From: Octopus sinensis
Taxonomy: Eukaryota
Length of the DNA stretch: 64,000 nucleotides
Assembly: GCF_006345805.1 (NCBI RefSeq)
Contig: NW_021833120.1
Span: 1-64,000, forward strand
Reading direction: 5' to 3'
A program made the position numbers and the translations under genes. Below, piece by piece: positions 14,117 to 28,426 of the stretch. Position 1 is the stretch's first letter. Each line of letters opens with the position of its first letter. Below the pieces are notes generated by a model, which did not search any database, had not been told where the DNA came from, and saw nothing but the letters and a program-made list of their open reading frames with translations.

Positions 14117-14817
14117 CATGTATACACACTCACACACACACACGCGCGCACATATATATATTTTAGCTCTGTGTTTACATATTTATGTGTGTGTGTTTGT
14201 CTGTACGTATTTTCGCGTGAAGACGTGTTTCCATGTGTTTGTGTATCCAAACGTCTGCCAGAGTATTCGGTTCAAAATCGTCTGCTTGCAGGACAAAAAC
14301 GCACAATTATTTGGTGACTTCCATTGCAGTAAATATGCATTTCTCACTCAGAAGGACCAGGAAATATCTTTTACGGCTGTTGAAGAATTGTACTTCGATG
14401 CCATAGTCTACGGAATTGGTGTCTGGACAACGATGTTGGTTTTCAATGCTTTGTGTCACAAAAGTACTTCGTAATATGATCATATCGATATATATCAATA
14501 TGACTATGTGTGTATGCGTTTGTAAACTCATATGTATGAAGGGTGCATTATATGTATTTATATATGTGTGTGGTACGTATGTGTATGCATATAAATGTGT
14601 GTGCAGGAGCAGCGTTAGTCGAGTACAGAGCGTAATAAGAGATTATATATATGTCAAGGAAACAAGAAAATATGTAATGAACTCATTAGCTTACAGCTGT
14701 TTCTGCTACAGAAAACAATGCACTCATATGTGAGTGCTTGATTAGCACCTAATAGCTTCGTCATAGATTGAAAGCAAAAGGCTTGTTCTTCTCTATATGC
14801 ATTTTCAGTACCGCTAT

Positions 14818-15173
14818 ACCTTTTACTTGTTTCCGAACAAATCGACTCCAGGACTCATTCTTTTTAGGCCTAGTACTTATTCTATCGACTCTTTTGCCGA
14901 ACCGCTAAGTTATGGGGACGTAAACACACCAACATCGTTTGTCAAGCGAAGATGGGGAAAAAGCACACAGACACACACACAAACACACACACACACACAC
15001 ACACACATATAGGACGGGCTTCTTCTAGTTTCCGTTTACCAAATCCCCTCACAGCACTTTGGTTGGCCCGAGGCTATTGTAGAAGAAATTTGTGCAAGTT
15101 GCCATGCACTGGGACTGAACCCTGAACCATGGGGTTGGGAAGCAGGTTTCTTACCACATAGCCACTCCCGCGC
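14818..15173 (-). mobile_element. SINE family A (reverse)
   Basis: CTTTTGCCGAACCGCTAAGTTATGGGGACGTAAACACACC...CTTACCACATAGCCACTCCCGCGC. Confidence 0.9.
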
Positions 15174-15293
15174 TTCTTATGCATAATTTATATATATATG
15201 ATCATATATTATATATATATTCTATATATTATATTATATTATATTAAATATATAATATATATATATATATATATTATATATAATATATATATA

Positions 15294-15340
<47 letters not shown>

Positions 15341-15353
15341 ACATATATACATA

Positions 15354-15420
<67 letters not shown>

Positions 15421-15425
15421 GTGTG

Positions 15426-15463
<38 letters not shown>

Positions 15464-16154
15464 TATATGTATATATATATTCTAGTGTGTGATTAGTTGC
15501 TTAGCCTAGGTAATCCTTGATCCGACAAGCTACAATTAGAATCATTCCAGCGATTAACAACATGAATTCCATATATATCTGTGTTAACATTCCCAAAATT
15601 CTAGTTTTGATTAATATGATCAATAGAGAAGTCTTTGATAACGTGATTAAGAAAACAATAATTATCAACGCCAACGCAGATAGCAACATCTTTGATAATG
15701 TTACTAGCAATATTATAATAACTTTATCAATGCCATTGTTATTTATGACTGATAATGCTAACGCGAAAATTATTGATAATAATATTAGCAACGTCTTATC
15801 ATGGTTACTAACGTCAGCAATGTCTTAGTAACGGTTGATATCGCTTATTGGAACGTCTTAATAATCATCATATTTTTTTTTATTGCCAATTGATAATAAA
15901 TATTGGTTTTAAATTTTGGGACAAGGCCTGCAGATTTCGTGGAAGGAGTTAAGACGGTTATATCGACTCAACGGGTACTTGACGAAAGGTAAAGTGGACG
16001 TTGGCGGGATTTGAACACAGAACGTAAAAATGGACGAAATGTCCCTCGCCCCCTTCAAATCAGTAATAAATTTTGGTTTCAAATGTCAACACAAGGTCAA
16101 CAATTTTGGGCTCTGGTACTTATTTCATTGACCTCAAAATCGATACGAAATATC

Positions 16155-16516
16155 AACAAGAGCACTCAGAGAGCGCAAAGCTCCGTCGAGGCAACACCGA
16201 CATCCTCTCAACGATTAGCTAGAGATGGTTTTTTAAATGAGAATATCTGAAATAAACTCGACTGCTCTCACAAATGAGAATACTAGAAATGAACCCTACC
16301 GTTCTCAAAAATTTAGTAAAAAAAAAAAAACCGGAAAAGTATTCCAGAATCCTTGTCCGGTGCCAGATCAATCACCAAATCTAATCAATTCATGCCAGTC
16401 ACGAATCATCCCTATAAGTTTCATCCGAATCCATCCAGCGGTTCTTGAGACATCTTGTCCACGGACAAACAAACATGACTTAAAACAATAACTCCGCCTT
16501 CATAATGGAGGGATTA
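16155..16516 (+). mobile_element. Non-autonomous Helentron/HINE-like element
   Basis: Starts AACAAGAGCACTCAGAGAGCGCAAA; internal CCAAATCTAATCAATTC..AAGTTTCATCCGAATCC..ACAAACAAAC..AAAACAATAACTCC, resembling HINE-type elements from memory. Confidence 0.5.
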
Positions 16517-16559
16517 CTAGCAATGGAAACTACTGTGAGGTTCAATATAAATAATGCTA

Positions 16560-17560
16560 ACGGCTGTGGCGATGGTATCGGTAGTGGTGGTGGTGGTGGG
16601 AGCTGGTAGAAACACTGTTGCTGGTGCTCTGTCAGGGAATAGGAGCGAAGGTGTTCGTGGAGAGAAATAGTGGTATAGAATGGCATTACCAATGTCGGTG
16701 CCCTTTTAATGTTTATGTTATTTCTGATGTGTGTTAGGATTAAGGATGGATATATGGCGATGGTGGTGATGGTGGTAGTGTTGGTACGGCGTATGGAGTG
16801 GAGGTGATGGTGTCGGTTCTAGTATTGGTTATGAGGGAGCTGGTAGCATTTGGTACCGTTAACGGTGGTGTTGTTGTTGGCGGTGTAGGTAGTGGGGGTG
16901 TTGGTGGTGTCGAAGGTCATGGTGGTGGAGCTAGTGATAGGAGTGTCAGTGGTAGTGTTGCTGTTTTTGGTGGTGGTATTGGTGGTGGTGGTGGTGGTGG
17001 TGGTCATGGCGCCAGTAGTAGGAGTGGTGTGGATAATGGAGTTGTTCGTGGTGGTGTAAGTGCTGTCAGTCGGTGATATAGTGGCTGTGGTGTGTGGCTG
17101 TAGTTATATAACGGTGATCATGCTACATCTCGAACTTGCACTGAAGACGGTTGTATAGGTGGTAGCAGAAGTGGTGACAGACATAGTTGTGGTGATAGAT
17201 GCAGCGGCGACGGTGGTGGCCGTGCTGGATATGGTCGTAGTATGATGATGATGGCGGTGGTTGTGTTTGAAGTGGCGGGGTCGATGTTAGTGTTGATGGT
17301 GACGACGATGATGGTGGTTGCGCTGGTGGTGGTGGTGATGGTGGTGGTTGCGCTGGTGGTGGTGGTGGGGACAGTGGTGGACATGCTCGAGATGGAGGTA
17401 GTGGTGATGGTGATGGCGTCGAGGTTGGGTGTGTGATTGCGGCGTTTGTGCTGGACGAAGTGCTAATACTTCATTTGGTGCTGATAGTGATGGAGTTGGC
17501 GGGAGAATTGATGTTGGCCTGATTGCGACAATATTCCTTACTATGGCCGCCATTAGTGGT
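16560..17560. repeat. Degenerate (GGT)n trinucleotide low-complexity domain
   Basis: Direct reading; Gly/Val-rich ORFs are artefacts. Confidence 0.85.
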
Positions 17561-17983
17561 CGTTGAGTATACATGCATACATACGTACGTACGTACATAC
17601 ATACATACATACATACATACACACTTCATACATACATAAATGCATGCATGCATACATACATACATGCATACATGCATGCATACATACATACATACATACA
17701 TGCATGCATACATACATGCATGCATACATACATATATACATACATACACACATTCATACATACATACATAAATACATGCATACATACATATATATATATA
17801 TATTTATACATACATACATTCGTACATACATACAAGCATACATACATACATACATGAATACATACATATAAACATAAATACATACATACGTACATACATA
17901 CATGCATATGTATACACATATGCATGTAGTTATGTATATATATATATATATATATATGCACATGTATGTGTCTGGCCATGTAT

Positions 17984-18036
<53 letters not shown>

Positions 18037-18754
18037 CACACACACACCATATTTAGTCTCTATAAAGGAAACGCTAGTTGGAGGCCAGTTTTTGCGTTGC
18101 TGCACAAGCGGAAGCTGAGGTGGTTTTTGCTGTTGTTACTGTTTGTGTAGTTGTTATATTATTATATTATTATATATATTTCATTATATTATCATTATTA
18201 GTATTATTATTATTATTATATATTATTATTATATTATTATATTATATTTATATTATTATTTATTATTTTTGATGTTTTTTATATTTTTCGTGTTTTATTA
18301 CTTTTCTTCATTTTTCTTGTTTTTTTTAATTTTCTTCCACCATTTTCCTTTTGGGTGACATTGCATTGGAGAAGTGAGGAAGGGGTGAGGCTGGTGGTGG
18401 GGGGGGGCTGCATGGTAGAATAGCAAAGAAAGAGGAGGAGAAGGAGGGGGTGAGGCAGGAGATTGGAGGGAGGAGAAGGCAGAGAGTGGTGGATCGATGA
18501 TGACACAGACAGGGGAGAGAAAGGAAAGGGTAGGAGGAAGATGGCGGCAGCGGTGGAAGCGATTGGGGTGGTTGGTGTTGATGGTGGAGGGTGACAGGGG
18601 TGGCGTAAAGGACGAGCTGATCCTTTTATTTTGTGTTGTTTTCCTTTTCTTTTCTTCTTTTTTCTTTTCTTTTTCTTTTCTTTCCATCGAAGTAATTGAC
18701 TCAAGTCTGTTTTCGGCAATGTCTTCAAGATTTCTAGGCTCCCATATAAAACCA

Positions 18755-18998
18755 TCATTACCATCATCGTCATCATCATCATCAGCAGCAGCAGCATCAT
18801 CATGATAATCAGCAACATCGTCAAGCCCACTATTCTTCTCCACTCTCTCCTCCTCAACCTCCTCCCCTCCTCTTCAACATCTTTCTCCTCTTTTTCAACT
18901 TCTTTCTTCTTCTCTTCCTCCTCCTCATCCTCATCATCATCATCATCATCATCATCATCAACATCATCATTATCATTTCCATCATCATCATCATCATC

Positions 18999-19030
<32 letters not shown>

Positions 19031-19152
19031 TATCATCATCATCATCATACTCACTATCATCTTCATCATCATCATCATCTTCATCATCATAACTACTCCT
19101 TACCATCACCGACAATAATAACTGCACCACTTCCATCGTTTCCACTGCCACA

Positions 19153-19196
<44 letters not shown>

Positions 19197-19217
19197 AACT
19201 ACTAACTACTACTACTA

Positions 19218-19252
<35 letters not shown>

Positions 19253-20420
19253 TCTACTGCAGCTGCTTATGCTGCTGCTGCTAATACGACTACCCTAATA
19301 TCTATAACAATAACATCTCCATCAATACGTCCTCCTCCTCATCATCATCATCACTGCTCCCATCATTACCACGACTACCATCAAAAACATCCCCAACACC
19401 ACTACAATACCACTCCATCACTACCAGTACCACCACCGCCACTACAACTCTCATTATCCAACTACCACAATTGCGACCACCACAACAGCCATCGCAGTCA
19501 CCACCAACACATCTAACACAACCATCAGCAGCACCGCCACCATCATCATTATCACCACCACCGTCACCCCTACCACAATCACCATCACAACTGCCATCAC
19601 CACAACCATCGCCTCTACAACCTCCACAAACACCACTACTACCACGACCACCACGACCACGACCGCCACCACAATCATCACCGCTACCATAACCCACCAC
19701 CACTACTACTGCCACGACCTTCACTCCCTAAATATGTTATTGTTGTCTATGTTACAGTCCCTCACACCACTCACCACACTCAGACATATAATGACATATA
19801 GTATAGGTCATAGTATATGAATGTAGTATAGGTTGCAGTAGTGTTGTAGTAGTGTTAGTGTTGGTGGAGACGGCGATGGGATTGGGAGATGGTGTTGTGG
19901 ATTGTGGTATTGGTGGGAGTATTTAGTGTAGTTCGTTAAGTGAGTGGATGAATGGTGACGGTGGTGGTGATGGTGATGGTGGTGGGGTTGTGGTAGAGGC
20001 GAAGGTGGTGGTGGTGGTCATGGTGGTAGTGGTGATGGTTGTGAAGGTAGTGGCGATGGTTGTGATGGTGGTGGTGGTGGTGGTAGTAGTGATGAAGACG
20101 GTGGTGATGGTCGTAGAGGCGATGGTGGTGGTGGTGGTGACGGTGGCGGTAGTGGTGATGGTGGTGCTGGTGGATTGATGACGGTGACGGTAGTGACGAT
20201 GGTGATGGTGATGTTGCTGTAGAATATTGCTGGTGTGGCGGTGGTGGTTGGTATAAGGGTATTACGGGTAATAACAGTGGTTGGGGATGGTATTAATATT
20301 AGTGGTAATATTATATTTTGCAAATGTCAGCTTGAGTGTTTATGTAACTGGAGATAGTGTTAGTTGTGGTGCTGGTACAAGTGGTGAATGGAGTGGTGAT
20401 GACGTCAGATATGCAAATCA
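18755..20420. repeat. Degenerate (CAT)n/(ACT)n/(ACC)n switching to (GGT)n
   Basis: Direct reading; polarity switch near 19801. Confidence 0.85.
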
Positions 20421-20504
20421 TTATTATCATTGGCCAATAGTCTTCGGTGCAGGTTTTTTAGTTGTTTTTTTTTAAATCTAAACTTTTGAAAATATTCTTA
20501 TCTA

Positions 20505-20890
20505 CTCAAGGCACAAGGCCCGAAATTTTTGGTTAGGGGGCCAGTTGATTAGATCGACCCAAGTATGCAGCTGGAACTTAATTTATTGACCCCGAAAAGA
20601 TTAAATGTGAAGTCGGCCTCGGTAGAATTTGAACTCAGAACGTAAAGACAGATGAAATACCTATTTCTTTACTACCCACAAGGGGTTAAACACAGAGAGG
20701 ACAAACAAGGACAGACAAACGGATGAAGTCGATTACATCGATCCCAGTGCGTAACTGGTACTTAATTTATCGAACCCGAAAGGATGAAAGGTAAAGGCGG
20801 ACTTGGCGGAATTTGAACTCAGAACGTAATGACAGACGAAATACCGCTAAGCATTTCGCCCAGCGTGCTAACGTTTCTGCCAGCTCGCTG
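20505..20890 (-). mobile_element. SINE family B, dimeric (reverse)
   Basis: Two GAATTTGAACTCAGAACGT bodies; head ...AACGTTTCTGCCAGCTCGC. Confidence 0.9.
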
Positions 20891-20922
20891 CATTAAACTT
20901 CTATCAATATTGACATATAAAG

Positions 20923-21122
20923 AGGTGACGCGCTGCCGGACGATATGCTTAGTGGCATTTCGTCCGTCTTTACCTTCTGAGTTCAAATTTCAATGAGGCT
21001 GACTTTGCCTTTCATCCTTTCGAGGTTGAAGATAATTAGTACCAGTTAAGCACTGGGATCGATCTAAACCCCATCCCCACCACCTCCACGAACTTACTGG
21101 CCTTGTGCCAAAATTTGAAATC
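20923..21122 (+). mobile_element. SINE family B
   Basis: GTTCAAATTTC..GACTTTGCCTTTCATCCTTTCGAGG..GTACCAG..GGCCTTGTGCCAAAATTTGAAA. Confidence 0.85.
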
Positions 21123-22580
21123 AATGTTGAGATATTCAAATCTGATAACATTTCCTTTCCTTATTCCGGAGCTAAGAAAATACTCCATCATCACACATCT
21201 TGATGATGGAAACCGACAGTAATCTTCAAGAGACGGCAAACAGATGGAGTCGTCCATGATCAGCTTGCTTTGTCATAATGTTCTGCTAAGCACAACCAAA
21301 TGCCTTGTTATGGCGATAGTCCCTCCCTATCCCAAATCAGCCGTTTTCAAGAAAACCTATAAACAAATGCATGTTAGCCGCGACCACTAACCTTAATTTT
21401 TCAGGCAAAGTGCACCGCGGACTATAGAACCTAATGCCTCCTTTCATTTCTTTTAAACATCAAAGTGTGATCTGAGAGACATTAGGCTATATATTCTAGC
21501 AGGTCAAACAGCAAAGAACTTCCTCTTTCATTGGTCCCATGCCAAGCATTCAACAGAATTCTTTCACCAATATAATTGACGAGCAAATAATAAAGAAGTG
21601 AAATAGAACCAGTGCGTGTGTTTTTTATTAGCAGAATGACCATCTCTATGATACAATAAAATGTGTTTCAACACACGGCTTCATATCAAAAATGTTGCAA
21701 ACCACATACAAAAATTAAAGAAATTGAAATACCATAATTCTCACCGCGGGTGAATTGGGAATATGGACGCATCCAGTCTATAATACTGATGGGAAGGAAA
21801 CAGAGGGACGCCGTCTCACGATGCAGCGTTTCATACGTCTTATAATATCGGTTCATTCACAACATTGGTTAAAGCAGAAGAGATGGAATAAACTTACAAT
21901 ACAAAGCTTAACATGAATGATATAAATATATATAGCATCTGATGTTTGCTATGAACGAAGGAGGCCGCTTACGTCTTTTCTGAAGAACGATCACCAAATC
22001 GTGAAACTGTTCATCTCTTCAACGATGTTTTTTGCTTTAATTCTATTCATTGCCATCTTTCTCCAAGAATGCTTTAGTTTTCATTCTAGACTCTATTCCA
22101 TATCTTCAAAGATGGTTTTGGTTTTAGTTCCATCCAAAGTCACGTCTCTCTGGCGATGTCTTGGTCTTATTTTCTGTCACTACCCTAAATCTCCAACAAT
22201 GGCTTAACTTCGATTCCTGCAATGGTTTGGCCTTGAGACTTGCAGACGTAATTATATTGAAAACATATAATAAAACTAAATAACATATTCATACAAAAAC
22301 ACAAAACACATAATGACAAACACTTAAATACATGCACTTCAACATACAATACACAAGACGACAGCAAAGGACACGAATGCATACACTTAAAACAATTACA
22401 CAACAGCAGAAAGCACCAAAAAGCACGCACATACATACACAAACATTACAATATACACTTACACACACATACACGCTCTCACACACACACACACACACAA
22501 AGATTATATAAATAATCATAGCATCGCAGAAACACATATATATATATATACTCACACACATCAACATATACACATACAAA

Positions 22581-23160
22581 GGCGGCGAGCTGGCAGAGAC
22601 GTTAGCACGCCGGGCGAAATGCTTTGCAGTATTTCGTCTGCCGTTACGTTCTGAGTTCAAATTTGCCTTTCATCCTTTTAGGGTCGATTAAATAAGTACC
22701 AGTTACGCACTGGGGTCGATGTAATCGACTTAATCCGTTTGTCTGTCCTTGTTTGTCCTCTCTGTGTTTAGCCCCTTGTGGGTAGTAAGGAAATAGGTTT
22801 TCGTCTGTCTTTACGTTCTGACTTCAAATTCCGCCGAGGTTGACTTCACATTTCATCTTTTCGGGGTCAATAAATTAAGTACCAGTCACGTAATCGACTT
22901 AATCTCTTTGTCTTTTCTTGTTTGTCCCCTCTTGTTTAGCCCCTTGTGAGCAATAAAGAAATAAGAAACGTTAGCACGCCGGGCAAAGTACTTAGCGGTA
23001 TTTCACCCGTCTTTATGTTCTGGGTTCAAATTACGCCGAGGTCGACTTTGCCTTTTATCCTTTCGGGATCGATAAAATAAGTACCAATTTGAGCACTGAG
23101 GGTCGATGTAGTCGACTACTCCCTTCCCTTCAAAATTGCTGGCCTTGTGCCAAAATTTGT
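22581..23160 (+). mobile_element. SINE family B, multimeric (three bodies)
   Basis: Head GGCGGCGAGCTGGCAGAGACGTTAGCACGCCGGGCG followed by three repeated bodies. Confidence 0.9.
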
Positions 23161-23487
23161 AATCAGTATAAACACGTACACACCTATGATAAGAAAGGAG
23201 CATTCGGATACACGTACACATACCTGCATACAACACACACACACACAATGTATCCCACACCACGTTACACGTATACACACATACCCCCAACACACATACA
23301 CACACACACAAACAAATAATCACATACATACACTTATAGAAAAATGTGTTACACAGCTCACACATGCACACAATACGCAAGATACCTATCCACACACAAA
23401 CACACATAGAGACACATACACACACGCACACACACACATACAAAACATACTCATAAGAACATACACATTACATAACACACTGTCTTT

Positions 23488-23877
23488 ACCTTTTATCTTT
23501 TATTTGTTTGTCATTAAACTCCGGTCATGCTGGGGTACCACGTTCAAAAATGTTAACCCTGGTACTTAATTTCTCCACCTCTTTTGCCGAACTCCTAAGT
23601 TACGGGGGCGTAAACACACCAACACCGGTCTTCAGCGGTGGTGGGGGACAAAACCGGACACAAATGAGCACAGAACAAGGCACACACACACATACGCGCG
23701 CACATATGTATATACAAGAAGGGCTTCTTTCAGTTTCCGTCTATCAAATCCACTCACAAACCTTTGGTCGGCCTGTGGCTATAGTAGAAAACTCATGCCC
23801 AAGGCTCCACGCAGTGGGTCTGAACCCGGAACCATGCGGTTGGGAAGCAAGATTCTTACCACACAGCGACGCCAGCG
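23488..23877 (-). mobile_element. SINE family A (reverse)
   Basis: GGGCTTCTTTCAGTTTCCGTCTATCAAATCCACTCAC..CTTACCACACAGC. Confidence 0.9.
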
Positions 23878-23929
23878 CTTGTTACATATGAACTTACTCA
23901 GACAACGCATGCGCTTACACTGACATCAC

Positions 23930-24248
23930 TTGCATACATACATACATACATACATACATACATGCATGCATGCATGCATACATACATACATACATACATA
24001 CATACATACATGCATGCATACATACATACATACATGCATGCATGCATACATACATACATACATACATACATACATACATACATACATACATGCATGCATG
24101 CATACATACATACATACATACATGATGGCATACATACATACATACATGATGCATGCATGCATACATACATACATACATACTACATACATACATGCATGCA
24201 TGCATACATACATACATACATACATACATACATGCATGCATGCATACA

Positions 24249-24279
<31 letters not shown>

Positions 24280-24665
24280 CATACATACATGCATACATAC
24301 ATACATACATTACATACATACATACATACATGCATGCATACATCATACATACATGCATGCATGCATACATACATACATATATACATACATACCATACATA
24401 CATACATGCATGCATGCATGCATACATGCATACATACATATACATACATACATACATGCATGCTGCATACATACATACTACATACATACATACATACATG
24501 CATGCATGCATGCATACATACATGCATACATACATACATACATACATACATACATACAAACATACATACATACATACAAACATACATACATGCATGCATA
24601 CATACATACATACATACATACATACATACATACATACATACATACATACATACATACATACATAA
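23930..24665. repeat. (TACA)n/(TGCA) tetranucleotide array
   Basis: Direct reading; source of the MYVC/HTYI ORFs. Confidence 0.95.
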
Positions 24666-25134
24666 AAATACACTGTCTCTCACAAACACAATGTACACTA
24701 TAGCGCACACACAAACATATGCATACACGGTCATAAAGACGCATAGACACGCATGAAACACACACATACACAAATACAGTACACAAATAACCACACACAT
24801 ACACAAATATAAAAACGCATATATGTGTGCACACTCAATCATACATGGACACATACAATGTACGTTACAATACACACATACGCATAGACATACACAAACA
24901 TAAAGACGCTTACACACACACATACACACGAATATGAAACACACATTCACACATACACAGGCACACAGGCACATATACAAAAGCACGTTCGCACCAAAAT
25001 CACACACACATACACACGCATATAAAAAGGCACCTTCGCACACATGTACATACACATATACAGACACACATACATACAAAAGCACCTCGGCACTAAAATC
25101 ACACACACACACACACTTGCGCGCACACGCTCAT

Positions 25135-25168
<34 letters not shown>

Positions 25169-25484
25169 GAAAAAAACAACAATAAAATGCAAAAATTACT
25201 AAAAAAAACTGTTTGGATGGAGGGATGGGGGAAATAAAATAGTAAACAAAAAAGTACCATAAATAAAAAAAAATATGAAAAATGTCTTGAATCCTCAAAG
25301 TTTGTTGTTTTTGTTATTGTTTTTGCTGAAAGGTTACAAGTTGTATTAGAACAAATGAATGACATTTTGTAGAGTTCTGGAGTTACCCCTCCCCCTCGCA
25401 TCCCCACCTCTTTTACCATCACTGCCACTCGCCAGCATCGCCACCGCTTTGCTCCATCGTAGCTCCTAACCTACCGCTTGTTTT

Positions 25485-25890
25485 AAGTAACCGTCTAACC
25501 ATATATTCAGCCATTTTACAATTTAACCATTTAACCAAATATCTACCATCAACCTTCAAGCATTAACCATCAACGATTAACCAACGATTTATCAATCCTC
25601 AATGATTAACCATCAGGAGTGAATCAGCATTCTTCATCCATCAAACGTCAAATATCAAACATTAAGCATAATCTGTCGACCAACTATCTTTAATCATCAA
25701 TCGCTTACCATCAGCCGTCAAGCATCAATCGTCATTAATCAATCACCAACGAGTAACCATCACGTATCAATCATCATTCATCAGTCAGTAAACATCAAAC
25801 AGCAAGAATCAACCATCATCCATCGACTAGCTACCATCAATCATTAAACACCTGATATCAGTCATCGGCCATCATTCATTAACCATTGTA
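25485..25890. repeat. Degenerate ~7-bp periodic repeat (ATCAACC/ATTAACC-like)
   Basis: Recurrent TTAACCA/TCAACCA/TCAATCA units. Confidence 0.6.
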
Positions 25891-25950
25891 CCAAAGAAGT
25901 GTCAAATCATATAACAGAAAAAATACAATTTGTCGAGAACAAGAAGGAAC

Positions 25951-26005
<55 letters not shown>

Positions 26006-26439
26006 CCATTTGTTGTTTTTGTTGTGGGGATGATAGTTGTAGTAAAAGAAGAAGAAGAAAAAGAAGATGAAGGAGAATAACAACAACGACAACAACAACA
26101 GCAACAACGGAAAGAAGGGTCGTTGGAAATAAAGTACTCGTTTTGTACTCTTCAAGTACTAGAACTGGTATAACAGACTAACCTATTCCTCAAAATTTCA
26201 GGCTTTGTATCTTAGAAACATTTATGGGCAAAATGGTGAGCCAGAACAACCATTAAACCATCGGACAAAATTCCTTACAATATTTTTTCAGGCTCTTGGA
26301 TTTCTGGGCTCAAAAGCTGATGGTGAAGGTCAGCTTTTCTTTTTATCCAAAATAAAGTACCAGTGGAGTACTAGAATCAATGTAGTCGACTTACCCCCTC
26401 CCCACTAAAATTGCTGGATATGTACTTAAATGAGAAGCA

Positions 26440-26605
26440 TGATCACAACATTGCGGCTTCGATTCCTGAACTGGGTGATATGTTATGTTCTTGAGCAAAA
26501 CCATTCAACACGTCCTGCGACTGACCTGGGTCCTGTCCAGGGGTAGAGTAAATATACACTACATGATCCGGGAAATGGATTTATGAGCCCATGGCTTATG
26601 AAGGA
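26440..26605 (+). mobile_element. Degenerate SINE with V-domain-like core
   Basis: TTCGATTCC B-box, TTCTTGAGCAAA, CCTGCGACTGACCTGGGTCCTGTCCAGGGG. Confidence 0.5.
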
Positions 26606-26779
26606 CCTGTGATCCTTTCGAAAAGAAAAAAAAATCCTTTTGAGCCCAGAAATCCAAGTTCAAATTCGGCTGCCGAGATCAACACTGTTTCTGGGGCCGA
26701 TAGAATTATTACTAGACATGTAGTGGAGCTGAAAAAAATCGATTATTCCCTCCCATCAAAAACTTCTGTCCCTGTGCCA

Positions 26780-26979
26780 AAAACTGAAGCCATTAAGTAA
26801 GGCGGTGAGCTGGCAGAATCGTTAGCGTGTCGGACAAACCGCTGTGCTGCATGTCTTCCGGGTTTTACGTTATGGCTTCAAATTCAACAAAGGTCAAATA
26901 TTCCATTCGTTCTTTTGGGGTCGATAAAATAAATCCTAGTTAAGTACTGAGGTCGATGTAATTTCAGGTCTTGTGCCTA

Positions 26980-26980
<1 letters not shown>
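26780..26980 (+). mobile_element. SINE family B
   Basis: GGCGGTGAGCTGGCAGAATCGTTAGC...GGGGTCGATAAAATAA. Confidence 0.8.
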
Positions 26981-27037
<57 letters not shown>

Positions 27038-28365
27038 GTTATTATTATTATTATTATTATTGATTATTTATTGATTGATTGACTGATTAATTGATTGACT
27101 GACTGGTTGATTCATTGATTGTTCATTCCTTCATTGTTGTCTACTTGTTCTGATGGATATTTACACCTGATTAAAAAGATATTTTGTTTTCATCTTTTTT
27201 CGTACAACATATAATTTTGGAATATTTTCAAAGTTTCCACTAAAGTGCTTGAAGCAAATAAATAAACAAGCCCAAAAATAAATAAAGAAAGAAATAAGGG
27301 TTTGATGATCGGCAGCTTTTTTATTCCATTTTGCCTGTATAACTTACACAAAATAGCGAGGTGGAACACCTACCAAAACAAACATCAAAATAAACACAAT
27401 TTAAACAAAATAAAATCAGTAAAACGAAAGCTAACATTTTACAGCAAAGTACAAAAATATTTTATTTACTATTGTGTCTGTAAATAAGACACATCACTGA
27501 CCGCAGTATTCTTATACTAAACTTTGTAAGTTTCGGTTCTGAATTTTATGGAAAATTTGGAGAGATGACTTAAAAGTGGTTAAGTCTTTTTTCGGTACCA
27601 GCTGTATTGTGGATCCTCCAAGTGAGAGTAGAATAATAATATTTTCGATAAAAGCAAGGAAAATGATAATTCTGGATATTTTGCCATCGCATTTGTAGTT
27701 GGGGGTGGCTTTGTCTTTTGCAAGTACCACCTACAACAGACTAATGTTTGTGACGGATATTTGGATGAACGATGACCAGTGTGGAAGCAACACATGGCAA
27801 AAACAATTACAGGTTGCCCTGAGCAAATAAACAAGCTCGTGAAACAGGGAATGTGAAAAGGGAATGTGCGCAATGATTTAGCTACAGGGTTTTTCCTTGT
27901 GTCCTTCAAACATTTGTTAGCTGTAGCGCTTTACGACTCGTGGAGAAAATTCTTCTATGCAACATCTGGAGGAATTACATGGAACTCAGTGCCTAGTTTT
28001 TAAAACTGATTTAGTACATTCTGCGACATTCCAAAGTGTAATTCGACAAATATGGTCAGTCGTTGATAATTTCAGGCTCATAGCAACTATCAAAACACGA
28101 AATGGTGTCGGCATGTGTTGTGGCCTTTTTCTGTTTTGGATCGGATGTGACATCTTTGATTATACAATTCCTGGAGTTCACGAAGTGATTTTGGTGTCGT
28201 GTCTTGGGAAAAGCATGAACACCATAACATCTGCATTTATTCGCTGTCGCAATTACTTTACCTCATGCTGCACATAAAAAAAAAACTAAAACAGAATGTC
28301 GCCTGTTATAAATTCCGAGGCTACATAGCTAAATGGGTGTGCCGCAACGTTACTCACAATACAGA

Positions 28366-28426
<61 letters not shown>

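Noticed and set aside
14230-14474. Non-repetitive tail of ORF 14031..14474
   Set aside because: No recognisable domain or convincing splice sites; left unassigned.
14695-14705. Minus-strand microexon candidate CAGAAACAGCT|GTAAGC
   Set aside because: GAAACAGCTGTAAG is better explained as a hammerhead stem III relic (same string at 31597).
15501-15828. Overlapping hydrophobic and Asn/Ile-rich ORFs
   Set aside because: Decayed (AAT/GAT)n-derived low-complexity sequence.
18279-19151. 290-aa acidic/basic ORF
   Set aside because: Built from (GAT)n, (GAA)n and similar repeats; open in several frames on both strands; no domain.
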